From a virus (taxonomy: Duplodnaviria > Caudoviricetes): a stretch of 63,309 nt of DNA. A program made the translations under genes and the position numbers. The notes beneath the pieces are model-generated. The model saw nothing but the letters and a program-made list of their open reading frames with translations. It was not told where the DNA came from and did not search any database. Location of the stretch: the IMG/VR virus record IMGVR_UViG_3300036846_000911, positions 1 to 63,309 of that record; one strand, given 5' to 3'. This document shows positions 1 to 9,768 of this stretch, one piece after another (within the stretch, counting starts at the first letter, position 1; each line of letters starts with the position of its first letter).

Positions 1-109
1 TCCTGGCCGCACTGGTGCTCATAAAAGGTACACAACGACCACCAGTCAATCATCGGCAGTAGGTATTTGCCCTGGTCAGACCGCGTTACATCACATCGCG
101 GCCGACGTT

Positions 110-406
110 GTGCCTGCCATGAACAGCTATGAACTGCCGACGCTGATGAAGCTCCCCGAGGTGGCGTTGCTGCTGCGGATTTCCGCACGAACAATGCGCC
201 GCTACATCGCCGAAGGCACCATTCCCCCGCATCTGTACTCCCGCACCGGCGGTAAGCCGAAAGGCTCATTCCGCTTCACCCAGGACCAGGTCCGCATCAT
301 CTCCGAGCACCTGTGGTCCACGCCGGAGCCCGCACCGGCACTGCCGGACCCGGCGCCCGCCCGGACGGGCATGGTGCCCTACCGGCCGCGTCGGCGGGTC
401 GGCTGA
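110..406 (+). CDS. Excisionase-like helix-turn-helix DNA-binding protein (HTH_17/MerR-like)
   Basis: LMKLPEVALLLRISARTMRRYIAEGTIP...SFRF pattern typical of Xis-like winged HTH. Confidence 0.75.
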   Translation: MPAMNSYELPTLMKLPEVALLLRISARTMRRYIAEGTIPPHLYSRTGGKPKGSFRFTQDQVRIISEHLWSTPEPAPALPDPAPARTGMVPYRPRRRVG

Positions 407-639
407 TGTCCGCGCCACGCAACAGTCCCGGCCGCCGGTTCAACTCCGAGGATTTCTTCGCCCCCACCGGCGAAGCCGACGAGGACTTCGAGGAACTGAC
501 GCAGGCGCAGGAAGCGGCCGAGCTGACCTTCCGGATCGAGCTGACGATCGCCGCCTCGCCGGCAACACTGCCGGCGATCTCCACGGAGGTGGCGGCGACG
601 ATCGCCTCCATCCTCTATCTCCACGGGAAAGACAGATGA
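406..639 (+). CDS. Hypothetical protein
   Basis: ATG overlaps upstream TGA (TGATG); coupled to next ORF. Confidence 0.55.
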   Translation: MSAPRNSPGRRFNSEDFFAPTGEADEDFEELTQAQEAAELTFRIELTIAASPATLPAISTEVAATIASILYLHGKDR

Positions 640-848
640 TGAGCGACTTTCGCAACATGATGGTCGGCAAGGAACGCGCCGACATCGACGACGCCCACAC
701 CGACCGCATGTACAACCTGGCCTTCGAGCGGTACAAGGCGTTCAACGCGTTCCTGAGCGTGCTTCTGGGCCTGTCCGTGATTCTCGGATTCGCCGCGCTG
801 TTCGCCGTCACCGCGCTGGTTGTTTGGCTCTGGCGCGTGGTGTTGTAG
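636..848 (+). CDS. Small membrane protein
   Basis: 70 aa with long C-terminal hydrophobic segment; ATGA overlap. Confidence 0.6.
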   Translation: MMSDFRNMMVGKERADIDDAHTDRMYNLAFERYKAFNAFLSVLLGLSVILGFAALFAVTALVVWLWRVVL

Positions 849-916
849 CCGCCCCGCGTGCGCCTATCTCCCCGTTCCGTATTGGAGGGGGGATAGTTGC
901 ATTTCGGGAGGCCACA

Positions 917-2404
917 GTGGACGACGACGCGCGCCGGGTTCTGAAGGTTCCCGGCCTGCTCTCCGACGAGGCGATCGAAGGCGAGATCAAGGCGCACGCG
1001 GCGCTGCTCGACGCGGAACGCTACAACTGGGGGCGCTACGCCCGACCCTCGCAGGTGGAGCCCGAGGACTACCGCATCTGGGTGATCCTCGCCGGACGCG
1101 GATTCGGTAAGACCCGCACCGGGGCGGAGACCCTGCGCAAGTGGGCCACCCAGGCGCCCGGCCACTACGCGATCATCGCCAAGTCCAACCGTGAAGTGCT
1201 CAACGTCTGCTTCGAGGCACCCCGCGCCGGCCTGCTCGCCGTCCTGCCGGACAACGAGATCCGCAACTTCCGTCGCGGCACCGGTCTGATTTCGATGACC
1301 ATGTCCAACGGCTCCGTCATTCGGGGATTTTCCTCGGAGGCGCCCGACGCGCTGCGCGGCTACGCCTTCGACGGGGTCTGGTGCGACGAGTTCGGCGCCT
1401 GGCAGTCGTCCACCGCGCAGGCGTGTTTCGACATGCTGTGGTTCACGATGCGCGAGGCCGCCGTTCCCCGGATGGTCATCACCACCACGCCCCGCAACGT
1501 GATCCACGTTCGGAATCTGATGAACCGGGCACACTCCGACGGGGGCGTCATCATCACCCGTGGCTCCACGTCGGAGAACGCCGCGAACCTCTCCGAGGCC
1601 GCCCTGGCGGAGCTGCACAGCCGCTACGGCGGCACCCGCCTGGGTCGCCAGGAGCTGGACGGCGAACTGCTGCTCGACATCGACGGTGCCCTCTTCAACT
1701 ACTCGTGGATCGAACACGCTCGGGTGGAGGTGCCGCCGCAGCTGCTGCGCACCGTCGTCGCCGTCGACCCGGCCGGTACAGCGTCGAAAACCTCCGACGA
1801 GACCGGCATCATCGTCGTCGGTGCCGGCGTGGACGGGCACGACTACGTCCTGGCCGACCTGTCCGCGAAACTCGCCGGTGCGGCGGCGGCGCACGCCGTG
1901 TGGCGAACCTTCATCGCCTACCAGGCCGACGAGGTCGTCATCGAGGGCACGAACCTGTGGATGCTCGACGTGCTCCAGGACGCCTACACCGAGGCGGCCG
2001 ACGGGGAGATGCTGCCGGTGGGAATCGCCCCGGTTGTCACCGTCGGGACGTACAACCGGGCGAAGGCGGTCCGGGCCGAGCCGGTCGCGGCCCGCTACGA
2101 GCAGGGGCGGGTACACCACGTCGGGGAGTTCCCGATCCTGGAGGAACAGCTGTGCGCCTGGGCGCCCGGCGCGCGGGATTCCCCAGACCGTCTCGACGCT
2201 CTGGTCCACGGCGTCACCCGGCTACGTCAGCGCCTGGGCTACGGTGCCACGATCACGTACCCGCCGAGGGGGCGCCGCGCGATGCCGCGTCCGCCGGTCA
2301 CAGTGTCAGCGCCGCGCGGCGGCCTGCTGCTTCCGTATTCGCCACTACGGGATTCCGCATTCTCGCAACCCCGTGGCCCGCGAACCGGGATTGCGGCGCC
2401 CTGA
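917..2404 (+). CDS. terL: Terminase large subunit
   Basis: Walker A ILAGRGFGKT, LRG...VWCDE Walker B, nuclease VAVDPA..DETGIIV and SPDRLDAL; GGGAGG RBS before GTG 917. Confidence 0.95.
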   Translation: MDDDARRVLKVPGLLSDEAIEGEIKAHAALLDAERYNWGRYARPSQVEPEDYRIWVILAGRGFGKTRTGAETLRKWATQAPGHYAIIAKSNREVLNVCFEAPRAGLLAVLPDNEIRNFRRGTGLISMTMSNGSVIRGFSSEAPDALRGYAFDGVWCDEFGAWQSSTAQACFDMLWFTMREAAVPRMVITTTPRNVIHVRNLMNRAHSDGGVIITRGSTSENAANLSEAALAELHSRYGGTRLGRQELDGELLLDIDGALFNYSWIEHARVEVPPQLLRTVVAVDPAGTASKTSDETGIIVVGAGVDGHDYVLADLSAKLAGAAAAHAVWRTFIAYQADEVVIEGTNLWMLDVLQDAYTEAADGEMLPVGIAPVVTVGTYNRAKAVRAEPVAARYEQGRVHHVGEFPILEEQLCAWAPGARDSPDRLDALVHGVTRLRQRLGYGATITYPPRGRRAMPRPPVTVSAPRGGLLLPYSPLRDSAFSQPRGPRTGIAAP

Positions 2405-2410
2405 CGTGAA

Positions 2411-2451
2411 CCGCCCCGCCCGGCTGGATATCAGTCCAGTGGGCGGGGCGG
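2411..2451. terminator. Hairpin between convergent terminase and lysis genes
   Basis: CCGCCCCGCCC / GGGCGGGGCGG 11 bp inverted repeat right after the terL stop. Confidence 0.55.
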
Positions 2452-2595
2452 GTGGTCCAGCAGCCTGACCAGGGTGGCGCGGACGCTACCCGAGCTGGCG
2501 ACTTTCTCGGTGATCTCGCAAGGTAGCTCAGACTCTACCTTTGTCGCGAACAATCACCGGCGGACATACCGTGGACTGGAGTTCCACGGCGCGGT

Positions 2596-2706
2596 CTACC
2601 CGGAAAGGCTGCTGAACCACAACCAAAAGTAGAGCGTCAGCGAGCCGAGGAACAGCAACGCGCCGATCGCCAACATCAGCTCGTAACGACCGAAACGCCG
2701 ATTCAC
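2596..2706 (-). CDS. Tiny single-TM membrane protein downstream of lysin (possible lysis accessory)
   Basis: MNRRFGRYELMLAIGALLFLGSLTLYFWLWFSSLSG, GTG at 2706. Confidence 0.4.
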   Translation of the reverse strand: MNRRFGRYELMLAIGALLFLGSLTLYFWLWFSSLSG

Positions 2707-2716
2707 TCGGGGGATG

Positions 2717-3811
2717 CTACGCCGACGCCTCGGTGGCGCCTTCCCGCGCGGCCTGCTTCGATGCGGCCACCACCTCGTCGTAGGTGAGACCGACGCTCTC
2801 CCCGACGGCTTCGACGACAGCGTCGGCGACGGTCTGGGCGATGTCGTCGACCTGGTCGTCGGAGAGGGTGATCGCACCCGGTACCGGGCCGAAGTTTTCC
2901 GCCGTCCAGCCGAGCCGAATCCAGCCGTCGGCGGACCACTCCGCCGGGTTCGCGTTGTCCGGTGCCCGTTGGATGCTGTAGGCGCCCTGGCCGGCGAGGT
3001 ATTTGATGTCGTTCAACGATTCGTCGGCGACCGGGTTGGATTGGAAGCCGATGCACAGGTACGTCTGTCCCGTGATCGGGTCGAGCGCGAGCATGCCCAT
3101 GTCTTCCTCTTTCACTGCGGGCGTTGAAGGCTTCGCACCGATGAGTGCGGCGAAGTCCGCCTCGGTGCCTTTGAATGCGTTGGCGTCGACGCCGTAGACG
3201 CCGCCGAAGCTGGCGTTGTCGCTGTACTGCCAGAAGGTGGGGGTCTGGCCGCTGTAGGACGCCCAGCCGGGGCCGGAATCGCCACCGGAGTGGTTGTAGG
3301 AGACGTCGTACGGTTCCGATGGGCAGCCGTTGCCCTGCCAGGTGGGGTAGTTGGCGTTCCACAACCGCACCGGCGAGTTGTTCACCTCGTTGCCGTACTG
3401 GCCCTTGGAGGCGTACAGGAACACGGTCTGGCTGCCGGTGTTGTCGAGCAGCCACTGCGCGAACTGGACGCCGAGGCTGCCGGGAACGGCGTCGTAGGAC
3501 CATTTTTCGAGGTCGACCTGGAAGATGAACGCCGGGTCGGCACGCCAGTCGTAGTGACGGGAAATCGCGTTGAGGAAGTAGTTCCCTTGGGAGTCGATCG
3601 AGGGTGAGGACCGCACGACGTGGTAGGAGCCGACCCACAGCTCGGCGTTTTTCGCCCAGTTGATGGCGGAACCGAAGTCGTCGTCGGTCATCGAGGTGCC
3701 CTCGGACGCCTTGTGGGTGAACCAGACGCAGCCGGCCGCCTTCGCTGAGCGCAGCCCGTCCTGGCTCAACGACTGGTAGTGGGATGCGTCGATGCCAAAG
3801 CAGTTGGCCAT
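2717..3811 (-). CDS. Endolysin, GH25 muramidase domain plus C-terminal extension
   Basis: FGIDASHYQ, KASEG, GSYH, DLE catalytic motif, LWNANY, FWQYSD, VDANAF = GH25 signature; ATG at 3811. Confidence 0.88.
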   Translation of the reverse strand: MANCFGIDASHYQSLSQDGLRSAKAAGCVWFTHKASEGTSMTDDDFGSAINWAKNAELWVGSYHVVRSSPSIDSQGNYFLNAISRHYDWRADPAFIFQVDLEKWSYDAVPGSLGVQFAQWLLDNTGSQTVFLYASKGQYGNEVNNSPVRLWNANYPTWQGNGCPSEPYDVSYNHSGGDSGPGWASYSGQTPTFWQYSDNASFGGVYGVDANAFKGTEADFAALIGAKPSTPAVKEEDMGMLALDPITGQTYLCIGFQSNPVADESLNDIKYLAGQGAYSIQRAPDNANPAEWSADGWIRLGWTAENFGPVPGAITLSDDQVDDIAQTVADAVVEAVGESVGLTYDEVVAASKQAAREGATEASA

Positions 3812-3812
3812 C

Positions 3813-5048
3813 TCAGTCACTGATCCGGAAGTAGGTGGTGAACGCGGCCCCGTTGGTCGCGTTGCTACCGGTGAAGTTGTTGATCGAAACGCCGTAGCTG
3901 GCGTCCTGGAGGCGCGGAATCGATTCAACGAAGTTGAGGTCCACCCACGAGGCGCCGTAGGTGTTGGTGATCGAGTCGTAGGAGAAGTTGCCGTTTTCGG
4001 TGAACGTCGCCTGGAGGTAGCCGCCGCTGGTTGTGCTGGCGGCGTTGAGGTTGAACCGGATGCGGGTCACCTGGATGTAGGTCGAGCTGCGGTGGCAGAT
4101 CAGGTGGGTGTTGGGGTTGGCGACGGTGAACGCCGCCTGGCTGTAGCCGCCGTCCGTGGTCCACGGGAGCAGCACGCTGGTGGTGCCGTTGCTGATGGCC
4201 GCCGGCCGCGAGGCGAACTTGTTCCAGATGAGGCCGTGCCAGTTGACGGAGAATGGGCTGGCGACGGTGCCCACTCCGGTGACGTCGATTTCAGCCGGGC
4301 CGGGAGTGATAGCGACGGGCGGGAATGGCGGGTCGACGTCCGGCGGCAACGGCGCGACAGGGGTGTTGATGAGCGCCATGAACTGGTCCACGGTGCCCCG
4401 GAAGGCGCTGGCATCCAGGCCGTTCAACGAGCCGAAGGTGGCGTTGTCGCTGTACTGCCAGAACACCGGCATCTGATTGGAGTAGGTGATCCAGCCGGGA
4501 CCCGCGTCGGCACCGGAGTGCGCGTACGACGCGGTGTAGGACTCCGACGGGCATGAACCGGCGGACGAGTTGTACGTCGGATAGTTGGCGTTCCACAGTT
4601 TCACCGGGGCGCCGATGAGGGTGTTTCCGTATTCGCCTTTAGATGCGTACAGGAACACGGCTTTGCGGCCGGTGTTGTCGAGCAGCCACTGGGCGAGCTG
4701 GATGCCCATGGTGGCGGGAACTGCGTCGTAGGACCATTTTTCGAGGTCGACTTGGAAGATGAAGTTCGGGTCGGCCTGCCAGTTGTAGCCGGCGTTGGTG
4801 ATGGCGTTGAGGAAGTACGCGCCCTGAGTGGCAACCGACGGGCTGGAGCGGACCACGTGGTAGGCGCCGACAACGAAGCCGGCGTTGCGTGCCCACGCGA
4901 TGGCGGTCGCGAAGTTCGGGTCGAGGAAGTTGTTGCCCTCGGATGCCTTGTGGGTGAACCAGGTCGCACCGGCGGCCTTCGCCGAGTTGAGGCCGGCCTG
5001 GCTCAACGTGTTGTAGTGGGAGGCGTCGATCCCGAAGCAGTTGGCCAT
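3813..5048 (-). CDS. Chimeric protein: GH25 muramidase fused to a tail-protein C-terminal domain
   Basis: N-terminal ~230 aa closely paralogous to 2717..3811; C-terminal ~165 aa paralogous to the C-terminus of 5048..6007 (both end FRISD). Confidence 0.85.
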   Translation of the reverse strand: MANCFGIDASHYNTLSQAGLNSAKAAGATWFTHKASEGNNFLDPNFATAIAWARNAGFVVGAYHVVRSSPSVATQGAYFLNAITNAGYNWQADPNFIFQVDLEKWSYDAVPATMGIQLAQWLLDNTGRKAVFLYASKGEYGNTLIGAPVKLWNANYPTYNSSAGSCPSESYTASYAHSGADAGPGWITYSNQMPVFWQYSDNATFGSLNGLDASAFRGTVDQFMALINTPVAPLPPDVDPPFPPVAITPGPAEIDVTGVGTVASPFSVNWHGLIWNKFASRPAAISNGTTSVLLPWTTDGGYSQAAFTVANPNTHLICHRSSTYIQVTRIRFNLNAASTTSGGYLQATFTENGNFSYDSITNTYGASWVDLNFVESIPRLQDASYGVSINNFTGSNATNGAAFTTYFRISD

Positions 5049-6007
5049 CAGTCACTGATCCGGAAGAACGTCATCGACGCGGCGCCGTTTACGCCGCCGG
5101 AGCCGGTGTTGTTGTACACGGACAGGTGGTAGGTCTGGGCATTGACCATCTGGACCGACTCGGTGACGTTGATGTCGACCCAGGAACCGCCGTACGTGTT
5201 GAGGATCGTGTCGAACGCCATCGCCGAGGTGGTGATGTCGGTGAGGGTGGCCTGGAAGTAGCCGCCGCTGGTGGTGCTCGCGGTGTTGCTGAGGAAGAAC
5301 CGCAGCCGCATCAGGAAGATGTAGGCGCCGGACCGTTGGCACAGCAGCGTCGGGCTGGGGCTGGCGCCGGAGATGATGATGACGTTGCCCTGCCCGCCGG
5401 CCACCGGCGACCAGGGCACCAGGAAGTTATTGACGGCGTTGGCGATGGTCATGTTGGTGGCCGAGAACTTGTTCCAGGGAAGTCCTGCCCACCTAACCGT
5501 TAAAGGGCTGGCGGCGGTGCCCAACCCCGAAACGTTCACCTCCGGGGCGACCGAGGCAATGGAGATGCCGTTCCAGTTGACGTGCAACGGATTCCCGGCG
5601 GTGCCATCCCCGGAGAGTTGTACCCCGGTGTCCGGGACGTTGTTGAGTTGCGCCCCGAGCCAGGTGGCGAGGATCGGGTCGCCGGAGATGCCGGTGCCGG
5701 CCAGGGACACCGAGTCGGTGTTGCCGACGTGACTGGCCCCGGCGGTGACGCCGGGTACCAGCAGCCCGCCGTCGGTTCCAGTGGTGAGAACCTGCCCGGA
5801 GTCGGTGGAGACTTTCACCGACAGTCGTCCGGCATTGACCTCCATCGGCTCATCGGCGCGGCCGTCGATGCAGGCCATGGTGGCGTCGCAGTCGGGTACC
5901 GCCTTGAGCAGCCAGGGCGAGTCGACCGAACCGTTGCCGGTGAGGTTGAGTGAAGCGTCGACCGACAGTACGCAGGCGCAGGCGCCGTCGCATCCGCAGC
6001 GTGCCAT
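5048..6007 (-). CDS. Minor tail protein with GxGT..P repeats
   Basis: End of tail operon; Cys-rich N-terminus MARCGCDGACAC; four [L/V][S/T/A]G.G[T/S]..xP repeats. Confidence 0.65.
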   Translation of the reverse strand: MARCGCDGACACVLSVDASLNLTGNGSVDSPWLLKAVPDCDATMACIDGRADEPMEVNAGRLSVKVSTDSGQVLTTGTDGGLLVPGVTAGASHVGNTDSVSLAGTGISGDPILATWLGAQLNNVPDTGVQLSGDGTAGNPLHVNWNGISIASVAPEVNVSGLGTAASPLTVRWAGLPWNKFSATNMTIANAVNNFLVPWSPVAGGQGNVIIISGASPSPTLLCQRSGAYIFLMRLRFFLSNTASTTSGGYFQATLTDITTSAMAFDTILNTYGGSWVDINVTESVQMVNAQTYHLSVYNNTGSGGVNGAASMTFFRISD

Positions 6008-6022
6008 GGGCGTTTCCCCTTT

Positions 6023-6631
6023 CTAGATGACCGCGAAACCGTGTGCGGTGACGCGGTAGTGGCAGCGCTGCAAGGCACCGCCGGCTCCGGCGTTGCCGAT
6101 CATCTGGGCGCCGAAGTTGACGGTCACCGACGTCTGCGGTTCCATCCGCGCATCGGTGACGGCGAGGTGCACGGCGGTGGTGAAGTCGAAGGTCGGGGGT
6201 GCCCCGGCGGTGGCGCCGGGCCAGTAGTTGCCGGCCCCGACGGTCACGTACTGGGTGACGGGGCTGCCGACACTCGCACCGACTTCGAACCACATGGTGC
6301 CGTTGGCGTTGATGGACGCCACGCCGATCCAGGCGCAGGAGACGTGCACCTGCATCGCCCAGCATTCGGGGTTGGTGATGGTGACTGCCTGGCTGGGGAA
6401 CAGCACGTGCGCGCCGTTGGCGACGGTGGCGGTGGAGTAGTTGATGAACTCGTTTTCGTACGTCAGTGACACCTGGTCCGGCGTCCAGACACCACCGTTG
6501 GGGTCGGTGTAGAGGCCGTTACCGACGGACAGGGCGCACGGTGACGTCTTCGCCTTCGACCGTTCCCCGGCGAGGATCAGGTTGCCGTTGTCGTCGGTGG
6601 AGAACGCCGGCCCGGTGCAGATGGCGACCAT
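6023..6631 (-). CDS. Minor tail protein (beta-rich)
   Basis: Synteny in tail operon, beta-strand-like composition. Confidence 0.55.
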   Translation of the reverse strand: MVAICTGPAFSTDDNGNLILAGERSKAKTSPCALSVGNGLYTDPNGGVWTPDQVSLTYENEFINYSTATVANGAHVLFPSQAVTITNPECWAMQVHVSCAWIGVASINANGTMWFEVGASVGSPVTQYVTVGAGNYWPGATAGAPPTFDFTTAVHLAVTDARMEPQTSVTVNFGAQMIGNAGAGGALQRCHYRVTAHGFAVI

Positions 6632-6645
6632 GGATTGAACTCCTT

Positions 6646-6873
6646 TCAGGTGGTGCTGAAGTCGGCCAGGACGATGGCGCTCTGGTCTGAGTTGCGGACC
6701 GCGATGATGCGGTTCCCGCCGTCGGTGGTGATGGTGTAGCCGCCAACGACGATGCGTTGACCAAGGCCGGTTGTTTTGCGTTCCAGTTCGGCGATTCGCC
6801 GCTCGTAGTTCGCCAGAAGTGTTGCCAGGGCCTGGGAATCCGGCACGGAGGCGAGAAAACTGGGTGATGGCAT
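6646..6873 (-). CDS. Small tail-associated protein (coiled coil LLANYERRIAELER)
   Basis: Typical small gene after the hub protein in actinophage tail operons. Confidence 0.55.
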   Translation of the reverse strand: MPSPSFLASVPDSQALATLLANYERRIAELERKTTGLGQRIVVGGYTITTDGGNRIIAVRNSDQSAIVLADFSTT

Positions 6874-6879
6874 GATGTT

Positions 6880-7953
6880 TCAGCTCCCCTGCACGGCGGT
6901 GCGCGAAGACCCGCGAAACGGGTCGAGGGTGACGGCGACGGTTTCGAGCTGCCCGTTCCAGGAGACGTCGAGACTGGTGAGCCGCATCGGCTGCGCGATT
7001 TCGCGGCAGAACGAGGTCAGTGACACGTCGATGCGGGCACCGCAGATCAGGGACTCCATCGTCACCGGCGCCGAATCGGTGAGGCTGGCGCCGGAGGGGA
7101 CCTGGATGACGAGTGGCTGCGGGTAGGAGACGTCCAGTTCGGAGCGGGCGTTGTAGATCGCCTCGGCGTCGGAGTTGATGGATTCGGCGGTGACCATCCG
7201 CTCAACCAGGCCGTAGAAGGTGTCCACACCGCCGACGCACTGGTTGTTGGCCCCCTCGGAACCGTTGGCGCAGAACCGGGTGGCGAGTTGGGTGCCGTCC
7301 TGGATGAGTTGCAGGTTCGTCAGGAAGGATCGGTCGGACAGGGCCAGGCGGGGCATCAGTACGGACAGGTCGCCGCCGAGCAGGATGCGCCGCCCGACGG
7401 TGGTGTAGTCCAGATCCTGCTTGGCGAGGGTGTCCAGGGCGTTGAACCAGGTGGTGGTGTAGGCGTTGGTTGCCGAGCCGTTCATGATGCGGCCGGTTGG
7501 CAGGGCGACGATGTGGTCCAGGACGTTCGGGTCGTCCTGCGCGAACGCCTGCGAGATGTAGAACATCGCCATGTCGGTCTGGTCGACGCCGCTGTTGTTG
7601 AAGTCGAAGGCGATGTGGTTGATCCGTACCGACATCCAGGCGACAACGTCGGCGGCCTGGATGGTGACGACGTTGTTGTCCTCGGTGATGATTTGCACCG
7701 GCCCCTGCCAGACCAGGTCGTTGTCGCGGTACAGGGCCAGTTCGTGACTCCACGGCTGGGTGGTGCCGATTTCGGCGCAGCAGTCGGCGCTGGAGGACAT
7801 CTTCACCACCGACACTGACGCGGTGGAAACCCCGTCGAGTTTGCGGGTCCAGGACAGGGCGGTGACCCCACGTAGGGTGAAGGTGGGCCGGCCGCCACCA
7901 CGGAAGAAGATGACGGCGTTGTACTCGCCGGGGCAGCCCAACGTCGCGCTCAT
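6880..7953 (-). CDS. Minor tail/baseplate hub protein (ReqiPepy6 gp37-like)
   Basis: LSWTRKLDGVSTA, HELALYRDNDLVWQGPV motifs of actinophage hub proteins; ATG at 7953. Confidence 0.75.
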   Translation of the reverse strand: MSATLGCPGEYNAVIFFRGGGRPTFTLRGVTALSWTRKLDGVSTASVSVVKMSSSADCCAEIGTTQPWSHELALYRDNDLVWQGPVQIITEDNNVVTIQAADVVAWMSVRINHIAFDFNNSGVDQTDMAMFYISQAFAQDDPNVLDHIVALPTGRIMNGSATNAYTTTWFNALDTLAKQDLDYTTVGRRILLGGDLSVLMPRLALSDRSFLTNLQLIQDGTQLATRFCANGSEGANNQCVGGVDTFYGLVERMVTAESINSDAEAIYNARSELDVSYPQPLVIQVPSGASLTDSAPVTMESLICGARIDVSLTSFCREIAQPMRLTSLDVSWNGQLETVAVTLDPFRGSSRTAVQGS

Positions 7954-8354
7954 CCGGTCACCTCGGTGATGGTGATCGTGACCTCGCCCGGCGGGCCGTA
8001 TCCGTGGCTGCGTTGCGTGACCCGCTCGCCGCCGCACAGTTCAACTCCGACGAGGTACTGCGACGAGTCGTTGGGGAGCAGGCCGTAGTCGCCGACGATG
8101 CCGTCGATGAGGGCTTTCGCGGTACCGAAGTAGTTGTGGTCGTCGCGGCGGCGCGCGTCGGGGAAATGCAGGGTGATCCGGATGCGTGCCCGTTGCAGTT
8201 TCGGGAGCCGGTTGGCGCGGGCATGCAGCGCCCCGGCGTCACGCCAGCTGCGGGTGCGTTGCGCCGTTCCGGCCAGCCGATGTTGGCGGGAGTTGGCGTT
8301 GATGAAAGCGTCCGGGGCGGGGATACGCATTTCGAAGATGCGAGGCTCACTCAT
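7950..8354 (-). CDS. RusA-like Holliday junction resolvase
   Basis: FPDARRRDDHNYFGTAKALIDG...LLPNDS matches the RusA D-x-x-N...K...D...D signature. Confidence 0.75.
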   Translation of the reverse strand: MSEPRIFEMRIPAPDAFINANSRQHRLAGTAQRTRSWRDAGALHARANRLPKLQRARIRITLHFPDARRRDDHNYFGTAKALIDGIVGDYGLLPNDSSQYLVGVELCGGERVTQRSHGYGPPGEVTITITEVTG

Positions 8355-9757
8355 GCGGCGTCCTCCCGTGCCACGACGGAGACGTCGATGTCCACGTCGG
8401 TCGGGAAGTCGCAGGGCACGGTGATGGTGATGCAGAAGCCGGTGCAGTCGAAGACCGGCCAGGAGTAGGCGCGTCCGTCGGGGCCGAAAATTCCGGCGGT
8501 GTCGTCGATGACTGCGGTGCCGCGTCCGCCGTCGCAGTCCAGCGCCGCCGTGTAGTCCCGGCCGTCGATGGTCAGCGTCGCCCCGGCCGGGACGTACGGG
8601 ATCGCCATCGTGGCGCAGGCGTTACACGGGTCGAGACTGGCCGGGTCGCAGGTTGCCCCGGTTGGGTTGGCGTAGAAGCGCAGGAGTATCGCCCGTGCCG
8701 GCTCCAGTCCGGTGCGGATCTGCACCAGCGGCACCGAATCCATCCACTGCGGGGTGGTGTGCGGGGGGACGGTGACGGCGCCGGTGACGGTGTTCGGGCC
8801 GTCGTAGCAGATTCCGCACGGGTCATACGGGCGTGGCGGTTGCGGTGGGCTCGGCGGCTCGGGGCAGTTGGTGAGACGCTGCGGGTCCAGGGCGCAGGAG
8901 TGGGCTCCCGGCTTCGCGCAGCCCTGCCGGTCGACGGCGTTGTCCTGCCCGTTGGGGCAGTCGGGGCCGGGATGGTCGGGAGTTTCCCAGATCACGCAGT
9001 CGCAGTTTTCGTCTTCCCACACCACGCACGCGTCCGGGTCGGGGTCCGGGGCGCCGGACCACACAACGCAGGATTTGGCGTCGCAGCCGGCACCGAAGAC
9101 CGGGCCGTTGACCACCTGGACGGGCGCCCGGTACAGCCACGGCCGGCCCAGGATCAGGGTGAAGGTGACCTCGGCGATGACCGGGGCGGCGCTGCCGCCG
9201 CAGGCCCGTTTGAGCGCGGACACCCGGTTGGTGATCGGGCCTTCCAGGACGCCGACCTGCGACATGGTCCGCAGCGTGTAGTTCTCGTTCGCCACGGTCG
9301 GGCAGCACGTGTAGGCGCAGGCGTCGACACCGCCGCACGGCTTGCAGGTGGAGCCCCGCAGGGCCGTTGAGAGCCACGCCAGGCCGTAGGAGAGCGAACA
9401 CTGGTCCACCGCCATGGCGACGCCGGTGTAGACGACTTCACGGTGGGCGTAGCGGGTCCGGGTGATGACGGCGCCGTCGCCGAGGCGTTCCACCGGGGTC
9501 CGGATGATCGGCGAAGAGTCGAAGCCTTTCACCTGCAACCCGAAAAATCCGGCGAAGCCCGCCGACTCCGGTGCCGCAGGGTCCCACCACGGGGCGTCAT
9601 CGGTCTGCGGTGTCGTGTACGCCGGGTCGTCGATGGCGGCGCCGATCGAACACGGCGCGCAGTCGATGGTGGTGATGCCCAGCGCACGGGCGTACACGGC
9701 GGCGCGCTCGTTGTTGACCAGCTCCACGCCGGCCATCGCCAGATACCCCTCGTACAT
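8351..9757 (-). CDS. Distal tail/minor tail protein, Cys-rich
   Basis: Directly follows tape measure; MYEGYLAMAGVELVNNER..Y, DDAPWWDP motif of cluster-B-like minor tail proteins. Confidence 0.75.
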   Translation of the reverse strand: MYEGYLAMAGVELVNNERAAVYARALGITTIDCAPCSIGAAIDDPAYTTPQTDDAPWWDPAAPESAGFAGFFGLQVKGFDSSPIIRTPVERLGDGAVITRTRYAHREVVYTGVAMAVDQCSLSYGLAWLSTALRGSTCKPCGGVDACAYTCCPTVANENYTLRTMSQVGVLEGPITNRVSALKRACGGSAAPVIAEVTFTLILGRPWLYRAPVQVVNGPVFGAGCDAKSCVVWSGAPDPDPDACVVWEDENCDCVIWETPDHPGPDCPNGQDNAVDRQGCAKPGAHSCALDPQRLTNCPEPPSPPQPPRPYDPCGICYDGPNTVTGAVTVPPHTTPQWMDSVPLVQIRTGLEPARAILLRFYANPTGATCDPASLDPCNACATMAIPYVPAGATLTIDGRDYTAALDCDGGRGTAVIDDTAGIFGPDGRAYSWPVFDCTGFCITITVPCDFPTDVDIDVSVVAREDAA

Positions 9758-9768
9758 GTCAGCCCCCC

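Noticed and set aside
440-2209. Long antisense ORFs (440..2209, 9865..11331, 16384..18408, 49088..50350 and similar)
   Set aside because: Shadow frames of genuine high-GC genes; no recognisable motifs
2717-6007. Diversity-generating retroelement template/variable repeat
   Set aside because: No reverse transcriptase is encoded, both copies are coding, and differences are not adenine-specific
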